DNA of 55,352 nucleotides from a virus (IMGVR_UViG_3300037467_002425:1-55352); one strand, 5' to 3'; counted from the stretch's first letter, positions 8,361-18,194 are shown. The notes: generated from the letters alone by a model not told the origin. Made by a program: numbers and translations.

Positions 8361-9815
8361 ATGGGATTAATCGATTTCTTTTTCGGAAAGGCTATCAGTA
8401 AAAGAGTTACCGAACAAGTGTCGGGAATCACAGTTAACCAATTCAACCAAAACCTTAATCAACTGCTCAACAACGTCCAGGTTACCATCAACGCTAACCA
8501 GTATGATTACACCGTAAGGGGTTTTGAACAAGTAGGCGCAGTGTATGAATGCGTCGATCTGATTGTCAAGAAATTCGTTGCATGTCCATGGATTATCTAC
8601 CGTGTCAAAAATGTAAAAGAGTACAAAAAATACTTGCAACTATCTGAAAATGCCGACACTTTAGGCCCTGCCCTCCTTGCTAAAGCAAAAGCCCTGGAAG
8701 AAGTATCACACCAACAAATTGAAAAACTCCTGGAAAATCCGAACTCGGAAACGGAGGGAGATGACTTTTGGGAACTGCAGGCCGCGCTTCTCTTACTTCG
8801 CGGTAATGCGTACATCTATGGAAATGCTGGCAATGACCAGGACCGTGCTGCTGGCCGCTGGTCCGAGCTCTGGGGAGTACCCTCTGACATGACAATCACC
8901 GCCGGACAATCCTTTATGGATCCAATCATCTCTTATCAGATGACCAATTATTTGCAAAACCAAAAATTCCCCGCCAATCAAATTAAACATATCAAAACAC
9001 TAAACCCCCGCTACGATCCGGCTGGCTCTCAACGTTTTGGTATCCCGCCACTCAGAGCGTATCTGTACTCTATGGATATCCTGCGGAATACGGACAGAGA
9101 AGCGGATAAACAGGTAAAGAACGGTGGTACGATAGGTCTGCTGAACCCGGAGAATAAAGAGGATGTATGGGAAGAAACGCAGATAGCCCAAACCGGGCAG
9201 TCTCTTAAAGATGCGTATAACTCAACGGATAAACTGGACCGGATCGTACCGGTTGCTATTCCGTTGAAATGGACCCAAATAGGTCTTCCGATCGCCGACC
9301 TAAAATTACTTGAATTGTCAGACGCTAAGGCAGACGATATTTACCGTGGGTTTCACGTTCCCCTTCAGTTCAGAAATCAGGATACCGCAACATACAATAA
9401 CCTCCCGGTTGCCAACCGACAACTCGCTTATAATGCCATTGCGCCGATATGTCGGAAATTCTCAAAAGGTGTAACCTCATTCATTTGCAAACCGTACAAT
9501 ACCAGCCAGGCGACTTATATCGTGGAGAAAGACTTTCTGGGCTTACCGGAACTTAATGATGATATGAAAACGGTGGCGGAATGGCTAGATAAATCATGGG
9601 ATCTGACACCGAATGAAAAACGCGAGGTGAAGCGTTGGGGACGTAGCTCCGAGCCTGGTATGGACCAGATATGGGTACCGATCACCATTACACCGATGAA
9701 AGATATTCTCGACGGAAAGGTGCAGCAGGGTAGTGCGCACGTCCAGGTATCATCCGGACCACAGCAACCGCCTGCTGCGCCTAAAAGCTATTTTGAAAGT
9801 TTGAAAGAAGATTAA
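8361..9815 (+). CDS. Portal protein (HK97-like)
   Basis: VYECVDLI, LLENPN, LLLRGNAYIY, IKHIK..NP, RFGIPPL, IYRGFHVP, TYNN and LTPNEKR are portal signature segments. Confidence 0.92.
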   Translation: MGLIDFFFGKAISKRVTEQVSGITVNQFNQNLNQLLNNVQVTINANQYDYTVRGFEQVGAVYECVDLIVKKFVACPWIIYRVKNVKEYKKYLQLSENADTLGPALLAKAKALEEVSHQQIEKLLENPNSETEGDDFWELQAALLLLRGNAYIYGNAGNDQDRAAGRWSELWGVPSDMTITAGQSFMDPIISYQMTNYLQNQKFPANQIKHIKTLNPRYDPAGSQRFGIPPLRAYLYSMDILRNTDREADKQVKNGGTIGLLNPENKEDVWEETQIAQTGQSLKDAYNSTDKLDRIVPVAIPLKWTQIGLPIADLKLLELSDAKADDIYRGFHVPLQFRNQDTATYNNLPVANRQLAYNAIAPICRKFSKGVTSFICKPYNTSQATYIVEKDFLGLPELNDDMKTVAEWLDKSWDLTPNEKREVKRWGRSSEPGMDQIWVPITITPMKDILDGKVQQGSAHVQVSSGPQQPPAAPKSYFESLKED

Positions 9816-10033
9816 GAAGCCTTAATTGAATCAGGACTGATAATTATTGTATCACCTGAGTCTAAGGCTTCTATATTACATTTAGCTACGTCAAGACCCT
9901 CCAAATGAGTTTTTCTACGTACTTCTCTGAGTTTTAAAAGTCCGCTTCTGATTTGAAGAAATAAATCCACTTGTTCCCCGTGTGGTAATTTGTCAAATTC
10001 GGACAAGATACTGTCTACTAATTTTTGTTCCAT
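9812..10033 (-). CDS. Hypothetical protein, last gene of the glycosylation operon
   Basis: 73 aa ORF directly downstream of the GT gene. Confidence 0.6.
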   Translation of the reverse strand: MEQKLVDSILSEFDKLPHGEQVDLFLQIRSGLLKLREVRRKTHLEGLDVAKCNIEALDSGDTIIISPDSIKAS

Positions 10034-10037
10034 ATTT

Positions 10038-10583
10038 TTAAGTTATTAAATGTTTACATTCAGTTTTCGGATGATTGCTCCAAAGCCTATAGCTATGAAA
10101 TACATAAATGCCTTTCATTAATCCAACTTTAAAACCCATTTTCCGGGCCTCGAAGTCAAATAACCGGTCAAAGGCAAGCGATTCTTCGACAAAGCCACCT
10201 ACTACCTCCCAAACGTGTAATCGGAAACATAATAGGAAACCTGCCATTACACCCCGTGCGCCTACAACCATCGGCCCGGCGTTCTTCCAGCATTCCTGCG
10301 CTATCCGGATATGTTCCCTGATCCGGTCATCTTCATTGAAACGACCGCCGACAAGCTGTTCAGGTGACCGCAGGCGGTTGGTCATACAACCTAATACGTC
10401 ATATTCCGTCGTATACAAAATTTCCTCTACATGCGCCTTAGTGTCTGGTAATAGCCACATCATATCATGATCTGTAAGGCACAACCAATCATCCAGGAAA
10501 GGGCAAATTTGCTCTATAGCATCATTAATCGCTTTGCCAATATTTTTATCAGCGCGGTAGGGCTGTATGTAGTGAACACGCAT
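10038..10583 (-). CDS. GT-A fold glycosyltransferase (GT2-like)
   Basis: KNIGKAIN, LCLTDHD DxD motif, VGGFVE, GIYVFH. Confidence 0.8.
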   Translation of the reverse strand: MRVHYIQPYRADKNIGKAINDAIEQICPFLDDWLCLTDHDMMWLLPDTKAHVEEILYTTEYDVLGCMTNRLRSPEQLVGGRFNEDDRIREHIRIAQECWKNAGPMVVGARGVMAGFLLCFRLHVWEVVGGFVEESLAFDRLFDFEARKMGFKVGLMKGIYVFHSYRLWSNHPKTECKHLIT

Positions 10584-11582
10584 TTAATCTCTGTTAATGA
10601 ACCTGAACCACGTTAAAATAGCGGTATGGTTATAGGTAGCTAAGTCCTGGATATTATCCTCTACCAATTCTACTTTTCTTTTGATCACGTAGTCGAGGAC
10701 TTCTGCGATATGGCTTTCAGATGTAGGGTTTGCTTTCCTACAATTCAACCAGTTGATTTCTTTGCTCACTACTACCGGAACATGCGCTGCAATACAGTCT
10801 GCGGTTACGATATTAAACGTTTCTGTAAAACTCACTTGCATACAAGCGTCCATTTTAGCAATCAACTGGATAAAATCACTATGATCCAGCCAATCGATTT
10901 CAATAAGCTTGTGGCGAGTGCCAGAGAATAACGCCCGGATATTTTTTAATACGCTGTCCCCACGCTGCTCAACACGTGTTGAGTTAATATAGAAATGAAC
11001 GGAAGCGCGATGACTTTCTGCAAACATGATTGCCGCCATTGCTTGCGCTAACTGGTTTTTAAGGGGACGCACAGCACCGAAACAACCGATTCGGTAAAAA
11101 GTACGCCTTTTTTCTATTTCGCTACAGCCCACGTAACGAATATTAGGGTAAATGTTGGGTAAATAAGTATTTTGTATACCGATCTGAGCAAAATCACTGC
11201 TTGTATCCACCGAGTTAAAAGAAACAATAGCTTCTTTGGCATATTCACGGATCCATTCAATAGCGTTTCCTTCCATGGCTAAAAAAGGTGTTTTACTATG
11301 TATCCTTACCACAAAACGAATATGCGGGTATAAACCGATCAGTTCCCGGAGTTTGGCAGGAGTAACCCAAATCGCTTCAATGATACAGATTTGGGGTTTT
11401 ATTTTATAAAGAAACTTATCAATACTATTCCCGTCTATGCAAAATTCGAGGGACGCTTCCACCCCTGCGAATTGGTTAATTGCGTCTATAACAAAGCGAG
11501 CAGAGTTTCTCAAACCGGATTTTGAGGGTAAAATACTGTCACCATACTCTGAGGTGGCTTTTACCAGGAATAATATTTTCAT
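10584..11582 (-). CDS. GT-B fold glycosyltransferase (GT4-like)
   Basis: IGCFGAVRPLKNQ and QVSFTETFNIVTADCIAAHVPVVVS, the E-x7-E/D-type C-terminal motif. Confidence 0.8.
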   Translation of the reverse strand: MKILFLVKATSEYGDSILPSKSGLRNSARFVIDAINQFAGVEASLEFCIDGNSIDKFLYKIKPQICIIEAIWVTPAKLRELIGLYPHIRFVVRIHSKTPFLAMEGNAIEWIREYAKEAIVSFNSVDTSSDFAQIGIQNTYLPNIYPNIRYVGCSEIEKRRTFYRIGCFGAVRPLKNQLAQAMAAIMFAESHRASVHFYINSTRVEQRGDSVLKNIRALFSGTRHKLIEIDWLDHSDFIQLIAKMDACMQVSFTETFNIVTADCIAAHVPVVVSKEINWLNCRKANPTSESHIAEVLDYVIKRKVELVEDNIQDLATYNHTAILTWFRFINRD

Positions 11583-12244
11583 TGTTTTTCGATTATTAAT
11601 TTACTTACCCACGAGTTTAAAAGTTCACAGTTAGGAAGAACGCAATGCCCACCTATTTTACCTTCGCTATGTTTCAGAATATATTTTTTAAATTGAGGCA
11701 TTCCAAGCAATGCGTATCCGGAGTTATAAGTAGCATTTGCCAAGGTGTACACCGTATCAAAATTAAGATTATTTTCAGTACAAAACCGGTGTATTTCTTT
11801 TTCCAGTAAAATATTTAATCCGTAAATTGTGGTATCCCATAATTTCATGGCTTCAACCGATTCTGAATCGAGAAAACAAGCTACTTTGATATTGTATACA
11901 GCAAAAAACTTAGATGCTTTTTCAGCCTCCACACCACCAAAAAATTTAACGAAAGTGCGTATTCCTTTTTCAAGGTAGGGATGTACGCCCCGGCAGGGAG
12001 ATGATACCGCATTAAGTATTTTACAAGTACCAATCGGAACGGTAGAATGGATGATAGTAAGTTCAGCACGGTGTTTAACCTGGTAATTTTTTACCGTTTC
12101 GATGAATAAACCATTGTAAGGAATACAGATATGAAGGATTTCATAATTGCCGTCGGTTCCTTCTTTATCGGCTCCATCACATTCCAGGATAGATTGAATG
12201 GCCCGGCCTATTTCACCAAGGCCAATAACAAGATGTTTATTCAT
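11579..12244 (-). CDS. UDP-glucose/GDP-mannose dehydrogenase family protein (short form)
   Basis: VIGLGEIG Rossmann motif, IIHSTVPIGT, EAMKL catalytic Lys, GKIGGHCV catalytic Cys. Confidence 0.82.
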   Translation of the reverse strand: MNKHLVIGLGEIGRAIQSILECDGADKEGTDGNYEILHICIPYNGLFIETVKNYQVKHRAELTIIHSTVPIGTCKILNAVSSPCRGVHPYLEKGIRTFVKFFGGVEAEKASKFFAVYNIKVACFLDSESVEAMKLWDTTIYGLNILLEKEIHRFCTENNLNFDTVYTLANATYNSGYALLGMPQFKKYILKHSEGKIGGHCVLPNCELLNSWVSKLIIEKQ

Positions 12245-12858
12245 CGTATAAAAATTATATTTTCAGCGTTTTCAAGTACACTTACAAGGCCAAAGTTACG
12301 GCAGTAACCTTTGTAGGCATCTATTAAGTTTTTGTTACTATTGTGTTCGATGATCAGGCATTTACAATCTACGGCCGCAAGATCGATCTGTTCCAAGATA
12401 TCCAGGTCATAGCCTTCCGCGTCAATGGAAATAAAGTCTAATTGAGCAAAATCAGTCATTTCCCACAGGAAGGCAAATGGAACGACATTCACTTTTATTT
12501 TGTGGAAATCGACATTCGACCAACGCTGTGTTTCGTTGAAGTTCAATGTTGATACCAGGGCTTTATCTATACCGTTTGGAACATGAGCGCCAGACTCATA
12601 AAAATCAACAATTCCTTGTTCTATGCCAACGGCTACATTATAGCATTGTACTTTTTCATTGTATAGATAAAGCCGTTTCAGGTCATAGAAAACGCTCGAG
12701 GGCTCAACTAAATGTGCTGAAAATCCATTCTCAATAAGTAAACGAGCATTTGAAAAATCTAAACCATTATTTTCGCCTATTGATAATAAAGTACCTTTAA
12801 AATCACCAAAATAGTTTTTTATGAATAAGTCTTCCTGATTCTGAGAAAATGATTTCAT
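12241..12858 (-). CDS. FkbM family SAM-dependent methyltransferase
   Basis: SQNQED start, LSIGENNG, LVEP, FISIDAEG, IIEH. Confidence 0.88.
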   Translation of the reverse strand: MKSFSQNQEDLFIKNYFGDFKGTLLSIGENNGLDFSNARLLIENGFSAHLVEPSSVFYDLKRLYLYNEKVQCYNVAVGIEQGIVDFYESGAHVPNGIDKALVSTLNFNETQRWSNVDFHKIKVNVVPFAFLWEMTDFAQLDFISIDAEGYDLDILEQIDLAAVDCKCLIIEHNSNKNLIDAYKGYCRNFGLVSVLENAENIIFIR

Positions 12859-13583
12859 ATAATTTGTTTATTTAAATGTCTTGTTCTATTGTTTATTCCT
12901 GTTTCAAAAAGACCTTTAGCTAATCCAGTTTTAACGGCATGTTTCATATTTTCATTGGCAGTGACCCATTCCAAATTATACAGTGATAGGTTCATTCGAT
13001 TGCCATCTTTATGATTAATATAAGGTTTATTATAAGGGTTAGGAATAAAATGTAATGCTACCAATCTGTATAGATAAAATAATTTTGTTGTATTATTTTT
13101 CCATAATCTGATCGCAATACATTTATTAGCTATAGAATATGTCCAAGCTACTTTATCAGAAGTTTTTATATTAAGTACTATTCCTTTTTTATTTATTACA
13201 TATGAAGGGTAATCTGTTATAGGTACAAAAAATTTCTCTCTTACTTTATGTATTTGAAAAACTGTTTTTAAGATTAAGTTATTTTTATTGTTATTTAAAA
13301 TATTACCATCTTTGTGTACTATAAATAAATTTTCTGGGATTAAACTTTTAAAAGTTATATAAACTAAGTAGTCAATTTTATACTCTTTTCTATTTTTACC
13401 TTTGCCTATAGCTATTTGAGGTCCTACACCAACAATTCTACTTTTTAATATTAAATTAGGTTTTGAAAAAGGAACTTTTTTACCATTTTTAGCGTTAACT
13501 ATTCTCGGTAATGACTTTACTCTACCAAAAGATGAAACTGCATAGTTGCTATCAAAAGGCAATATTTTCCAAATTTCTTTCAT
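12855..13583 (-). CDS. NUMOD4-HNH homing endonuclease (duplicated NUMOD4/HNH units)
   Basis: EIWK..YAVSSFGRVKS; HKDGN...N and INHKDGNRMN..NLEWVT; strongly AT-rich. Confidence 0.88.
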   Translation of the reverse strand: MKEIWKILPFDSNYAVSSFGRVKSLPRIVNAKNGKKVPFSKPNLILKSRIVGVGPQIAIGKGKNRKEYKIDYLVYITFKSLIPENLFIVHKDGNILNNNKNNLILKTVFQIHKVREKFFVPITDYPSYVINKKGIVLNIKTSDKVAWTYSIANKCIAIRLWKNNTTKLFYLYRLVALHFIPNPYNKPYINHKDGNRMNLSLYNLEWVTANENMKHAVKTGLAKGLFETGINNRTRHLNKQII

Positions 13584-14809
13584 GATATCCCATCCGCGAG
13601 TAAAACAGTTTGTTCAGTTATTGTTGGTTCATCATCTTTACCGTATACAAAAAACGTATTTCCTGGTTGCAATTTCAATCCCATTTTATAAGCGATCAAT
13701 GATGCGGCGCTTTGATCGTGGCGATAAATATCCCAGGAGCCATTGAACATACCGTCACGCATAGCCTGGGTCCATTGATCAAAGAATTTATAGCCTATTT
13801 CACTATCCAGATCAAGCCCAAGCACTCCTGAGCTCAGCATGGGGCCTTCATCCGTACCAAAATAAGCTAGTGCTTCAGCATGTGTCCAGCGAGAGTTCAG
13901 CCAGCCACTATCCTGGAAAAAATATCCATCCCGTTCAATGATCTCAAATATCACGTCAATGTTCTTTATTGCCCGCATGGAAGCATCCAGCCAAAGTATT
14001 TGCCGATACCCGGCTTCGTAAGCTTTGATCATGGCCATAGGTTTAAAGCTGTAATTCATCTCCGCATGCGGTGCAGCACCTACTTCTTCCTCACTTTCAA
14101 AAAGAAGTACTGTAGCGTTTGTATTGTTGCGTAAACTGGTTGCCAAACGCTTCTGGCCCTTACGATATTTATCAGTAGATACGTTTACAATACATCTGCT
14201 GATTACTTTTTTATGATTCGGGTTGGTCCAGTAAGGATTATCTTCCGTAGATGCCTCTGTTATTTTCGGGTCGAAGTTATATTTGAACAAAACCTTATCG
14301 ATAAAATGTTCTGTACGGACTACTGATAAACATTCCTGTACAAAAGCCCAGTCCTCGCCATAACTGATATCAGGAAAAGAACATCCAAGCACTTTATGGG
14401 TATTCCAGGCGCAGTTTGGGAAAGGAGGTCTTTTACAGTCCAGGTATTTACCGTCCTTGGTATTATGTTCAACCTCGTTACCTAGTTGCTGCGTAATGAT
14501 AAAACTGGATCCGTCAGGATTGGTACACTGTGCTTTGAAATCGATCACGTCAACATCCAGGAAAGTAGCTTCATAGATTTCGTCTAAGGAGACAAACTCA
14601 TCATCCGAATCACAGAACAAAAAGAATTTACCTTGTACCAAAGATTTAGCAGCTTCACGTTTCGCACCGATAGTTCGTTTTCGGTTATCGAAAATCATCA
14701 CCAGTTCAATTTCACGATCACCGATCATAGCAAGCAAATTTCTATAAAGCTCCATGGACATTTCTGCCCTGGATTCCGTAGTGATGATTAAAACAGATAA
14801 CTGTATCAT
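13580..14809 (-). CDS. Two-domain glycosyltransferase (GT2 fused to a second GT-A domain)
   Basis: N-terminal domain TIGAKR..FCDSDD..FPDISYGED; C-terminal domain FKP....WLDAS...RHDQS. Confidence 0.85.
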   Translation of the reverse strand: MIQLSVLIITTESRAEMSMELYRNLLAMIGDREIELVMIFDNRKRTIGAKREAAKSLVQGKFFLFCDSDDEFVSLDEIYEATFLDVDVIDFKAQCTNPDGSSFIITQQLGNEVEHNTKDGKYLDCKRPPFPNCAWNTHKVLGCSFPDISYGEDWAFVQECLSVVRTEHFIDKVLFKYNFDPKITEASTEDNPYWTNPNHKKVISRCIVNVSTDKYRKGQKRLATSLRNNTNATVLLFESEEEVGAAPHAEMNYSFKPMAMIKAYEAGYRQILWLDASMRAIKNIDVIFEIIERDGYFFQDSGWLNSRWTHAEALAYFGTDEGPMLSSGVLGLDLDSEIGYKFFDQWTQAMRDGMFNGSWDIYRHDQSAASLIAYKMGLKLQPGNTFFVYGKDDEPTITEQTVLLADGIS

Positions 14810-15348
14810 TTTTTCGTTCTGTAATCGTAATGGTAAATAGGTTCTGATATTAATACTTCGGTTTTAAGTAAGGGAAGCAGTCGCATAGAATACTCAAAAT
14901 CTTCGGCGAATTTAACTTCGGGGAATCCTGCCTGTAAAGCTAATTCACGTTTAACCGGGGATATATGGTTTGGTGTACGGTAATAAGTATTGCCTCTTAA
15001 AAACCAACGTCCATACTCTTTAGAAATAAACCATTGTTGAGAATTTTTACCATTAGTTGTTAAAATACCGTTTATGCCAATACAATCCGGGTTACTTTGT
15101 GTGGCCCGGATAATCAGTTCTATATAATTAGCAGGCACATGATCGTCCGAGTCTATAAAAACGATATATTCTCCTGAAGCCCTGGCCAAAAGATCATTTC
15201 GCTTTTTACCGATGCAATTGGTTTCATGGTAATCTAGCAATATTTCTACTTGCTCAGTAGCTTGTTCCTGCAAACCACGTAGTAATTCATAGGTCATTTC
15301 TTGCCGTTCCATAGTACTAGCAATCAAAATACTGAGCTTTATCTCCAT
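14806..15348 (-). CDS. GT2 glycosyltransferase
   Basis: LSILI, IGKKRN, FIDSDD, FPEVKFAED. Confidence 0.88.
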   Translation of the reverse strand: MEIKLSILIASTMERQEMTYELLRGLQEQATEQVEILLDYHETNCIGKKRNDLLARASGEYIVFIDSDDHVPANYIELIIRATQSNPDCIGINGILTTNGKNSQQWFISKEYGRWFLRGNTYYRTPNHISPVKRELALQAGFPEVKFAEDFEYSMRLLPLLKTEVLISEPIYHYDYRTKK

Positions 15349-15851
15349 GTTTTGTTATTTATAATACGTGAAATATTAGCTTGAGTAGTGTTATATTTCT
15401 TAGCAATTGAACGTTGAGTAAGATTTTTAATAGTTCTTATTTCTTCAACTTGATCTTGGTTTAAACATGCGTTCGCCCTGTGATTTTTAGAAAAATTTTT
15501 TAACCCAGTTTTATGTGCATGTATTTCGTTTTCACTTACTGTACACCACTCTAAATTTGAAACAGCATTATTACTTTTATCACCATCTATATGATTTACA
15601 ATTGGCTTATTATTTGGATTCGGTAAAAATGTTAAAGCTACAAGTCTATGCAAAAGGTAACGTTTCATTAATCCATCTTTTTGACTGCCTAGAGCGAATG
15701 AAAAGTATCCTGATTTAGAAATATTTGGCTTTAGTAATTTTTGTCTTTTAAAAGTACCATGTCTACTTTTAAAAATTAAAGAATACACATTTCCTAGATT
15801 AGATATTGCATATTCTTTCTCATATCCGGGTAGTGGTTTAATTATCTCCAT
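15339..15851 (-). CDS. NUMOD4-HNH homing endonuclease
   Basis: YAISNLGNVYS, LHRLVA, VNHIDGDKSNNAVSNLEW, C-terminal HTH. Confidence 0.9.
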   Translation of the reverse strand: MEIIKPLPGYEKEYAISNLGNVYSLIFKSRHGTFKRQKLLKPNISKSGYFSFALGSQKDGLMKRYLLHRLVALTFLPNPNNKPIVNHIDGDKSNNAVSNLEWCTVSENEIHAHKTGLKNFSKNHRANACLNQDQVEEIRTIKNLTQRSIAKKYNTTQANISRIINNKTWR

Positions 15852-16516
15852 TTTATATCAGAATAAGCCATTATTGGTTCCGTAATTCCAAAATTTGTTT
15901 TTAATCTTTCGTTAAATAAGTTTTCACCTTGCTTCCAAGTCAAATCGTTCTTGACATTGATCTCATCTTTTGGTGATTTTCCAGTACTATAGTGCAAGTG
16001 TTCAAACTTCAAAGGCAATTTTATATATTTACCAGTCATCAACGCTACAGCAGTTAATTCCTGATCGCAAAACATGTGAGAATAGCCATTGTAGTATACA
16101 TATCCGTACCGTTCATAATACGTCCGGTCCATTATTGGCATAGTGATGAGTGTAGGCTGTAAGCCATCATCAGTTTTCGCACAGAAATCAGATTTACCTT
16201 CAAGGGCTTCAAGAAGTAGCGTGTCCCAGTTTTCAGGGCAATCTGTGTCATCAGAGATAATAACAAATAAATCACCAGTAGCTATTTTGGCACCCTCATT
16301 AATAGCTTCAATAGCTGATTTGTTAGGACGTAAGCAGATTGAAATTATACTATCTTCATAAAAAAATTCACGATAATATTCTTCACAAGCGTCTTCGTCC
16401 CAACATAAAATATACTCAATTTCATTTTTTAAATCAGATTTTCCCCTCCAATTCCAAAAAGTATCATAAGCTTGTTTAGCTCTGTTTCGTGAAGGGAATA
16501 TTACAGATATTTTCAT
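15842..16516 (-). CDS. GT2 glycosyltransferase
   Basis: ISVIFPSRNR, AINEG, IISDD, MFCDQE, FEHLH. Confidence 0.85.
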   Translation of the reverse strand: MKISVIFPSRNRAKQAYDTFWNWRGKSDLKNEIEYILCWDEDACEEYYREFFYEDSIISICLRPNKSAIEAINEGAKIATGDLFVIISDDTDCPENWDTLLLEALEGKSDFCAKTDDGLQPTLITMPIMDRTYYERYGYVYYNGYSHMFCDQELTAVALMTGKYIKLPLKFEHLHYSTGKSPKDEINVKNDLTWKQGENLFNERLKTNFGITEPIMAYSDIKWR

Positions 16517-17175
16517 TTATAAGGTATAAATTGATTACTTAATTTTGTTTCTTCCCAGTATTTTTTATTGGCCCGAATTGCTTTACTACGTTCATAAGGA
16601 TCAAATGATGACTGAGCCGTATTTTCTTCATCGTGTGAATAAAATAATCCTTTTGAATGTGGAATATCAATGTAAGGTGCAGGGGTCATATTCATATTAA
16701 AAATTCGCCTGGATAGTTCTGCATGCTCATAGCAGTTTTTGAAATTGGTATCAAAACCTCCTGCTTTTTCAATACAATGCTTAGTAAAATAAAGTAGACA
16801 ACCCCGCGGCAAATCGTAAGCTTTATAATCAGGTTCTTTCCATAATAATTTTCTATTAAAAATATAACAAGCATGCTGCAAGTTACTATGAGTATACCAA
16901 GTAGCCCAATGAGCATCTAAAGCATATACATCTTCATCTGCTAAAAATATGTGATCCGCGTTTTCAGCTAATTGCAAACACATATTTTTAGCGGTTGATA
17001 TACCTACATTATTTTCAAATCTGTAATCAGCATCTGGGTAAGGTGGATTTGAAGCGTCGTCAACTATAAAAATATCGCAATTAGCGGGAGCAAGTTTTTG
17101 CCATTGCTCAATACTATGTTTAGCAATTTCAGGACGATTATGAACAGTGATACAAAGAGCTATACGTGTTTCCAT
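16513..17175 (-). CDS. GT2 glycosyltransferase
   Basis: ITVHNR, IVDDAS, NVGISTAKN, FLADED, GGFD, YEHAELS. Confidence 0.9.
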   Translation of the reverse strand: METRIALCITVHNRPEIAKHSIEQWQKLAPANCDIFIVDDASNPPYPDADYRFENNVGISTAKNMCLQLAENADHIFLADEDVYALDAHWATWYTHSNLQHACYIFNRKLLWKEPDYKAYDLPRGCLLYFTKHCIEKAGGFDTNFKNCYEHAELSRRIFNMNMTPAPYIDIPHSKGLFYSHDEENTAQSSFDPYERSKAIRANKKYWEETKLSNQFIPYK

Positions 17176-17693
17176 GTCTGCCCCCGTTTGATCGCATAAA
17201 TAGTTACTTTGTTAACACCGTGTTCTTTTGCGATATGAGCGCCAGGAACACCTTCTTTTAGTTGTCTTTTTATTTTTTCTACTTTGATTTCATTTAATTT
17301 AGAACATTTCGGTTTTTCACTTCCTTTAGCAGTATTCATTATTCCTAAAGAAAGTCCATGAATAGTATTTTCAGAAGAAGTAACCCATTCAAGATTTGAT
17401 GCGTAATTATTTATTTTTATGCCATCTTTATGATTAACTTCTGTTTTATCTTCAGATTTTTCACAAAAATGTAAAGCGACTATTCTATGTAATTGATGAG
17501 ATTTTGCTTTTCCATCTTTACACATAGTAAACCCGCAATATCTGAATTTTTGTTTTGGAGGGCTTATTTTTAAAATACGATCATCAGGAGAAGCACCACT
17601 ACCTTTTCTTCCTAAAGATTTAATTCGGCCAAAATTAGAAACTTGATAAAGTCCTTCATAGCCAACCACATCTTTCCAAATTTCTTGTTCCAT
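17160..17693 (-). CDS. NUMOD4-HNH homing endonuclease
   Basis: EIWKDVVGYEGLYQVSNFGRIKS, HRIVA, VNHKDG...NLEWVT, C-terminal HTH. Confidence 0.92.
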   Translation of the reverse strand: MEQEIWKDVVGYEGLYQVSNFGRIKSLGRKGSGASPDDRILKISPPKQKFRYCGFTMCKDGKAKSHQLHRIVALHFCEKSEDKTEVNHKDGIKINNYASNLEWVTSSENTIHGLSLGIMNTAKGSEKPKCSKLNEIKVEKIKRQLKEGVPGAHIAKEHGVNKVTIYAIKRGQTWKHV

Positions 17694-17932
17694 CAGTTTG
17701 AACTTCTTATTACGTCAGGCATCATCATTTTCGGATTAACCTTAAAATAATTAATGATCAGTGATTGTAATTTCTCAGCGTCAAAATCCGAGAAATCACC
17801 GTTAGTAACAATATCCAGTTGTATCATACCTTCAAACCGCTTGTTGATCTGCTCAAACGTATCAGGGTTAAATTCATTTTTGAATTCGACCTTAACGGCT
17901 ACACCTGTGATTGAAAATTTTCTTAAAGGCAT
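17693..17932 (-). CDS. Hypothetical protein
   Basis: 79 aa ORF coupled to both neighbours. Confidence 0.65.
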   Translation of the reverse strand: MPLRKFSITGVAVKVEFKNEFNPDTFEQINKRFEGMIQLDIVTNGDFSDFDAEKLQSLIINYFKVNPKMMMPDVIRSSN

Positions 17933-18114
17933 TATTTTTTTATAATATGATTATATAATTCCTGACTAACTTGACCGCTTTCATCTTTTGAGATACCTTC
18001 GGTAATATATTTTCGGGCGAGATTTGATTCTGACCGCCCCTGCTTTTTTACCTGGGCTTTGAACTTTTCAATGCCCTCATCCGATAATATAACTTGAATA
18101 CGATTTTTCTTCAT
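17932..18114 (-). CDS. Ribbon-helix-helix (CopG/Arc-like) regulator heading the glycosylation operon
   Basis: RIQVIL beta strand, then helix, GRSESNLARKYI. Start reassigned to ATG 18114. Confidence 0.8.
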   Translation of the reverse strand: MKKNRIQVILSDEGIEKFKAQVKKQGRSESNLARKYITEGISKDESGQVSQELYNHIIKK

Positions 18115-18120
18115 ATTACT

Positions 18121-18143
18121 CAAAGGTACTATTAAGTACTATT
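18121..18143 (-). promoter_or_regulatory. Promoter -7 element with an overlapping tandem-repeat operator
   Basis: TACCTTTG (minus, 18121-18128). GTACTATT occurs at 18126-18133 and 18136-18143. Confidence 0.55.
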
Positions 18144-18194
18144 CATTACAAGTATTTTGCAAAATAATTTTTTTAATTAAGTTACTTTTATGCC

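Noticed and set aside
12855-17693. Group I introns or inteins housing the HNH genes
   Set aside because: The flanking GT genes are intact and overlap the HNH starts and stops, leaving no room for intron cores.
9812-18114. DNA hypermodification or serotype-conversion role for the GT operon
   Set aside because: Not excluded but disfavoured. No hydroxymethylase, TET/JBP or kinase is visible, ordinary MTases are present, and there are no Gtr-type membrane proteins.
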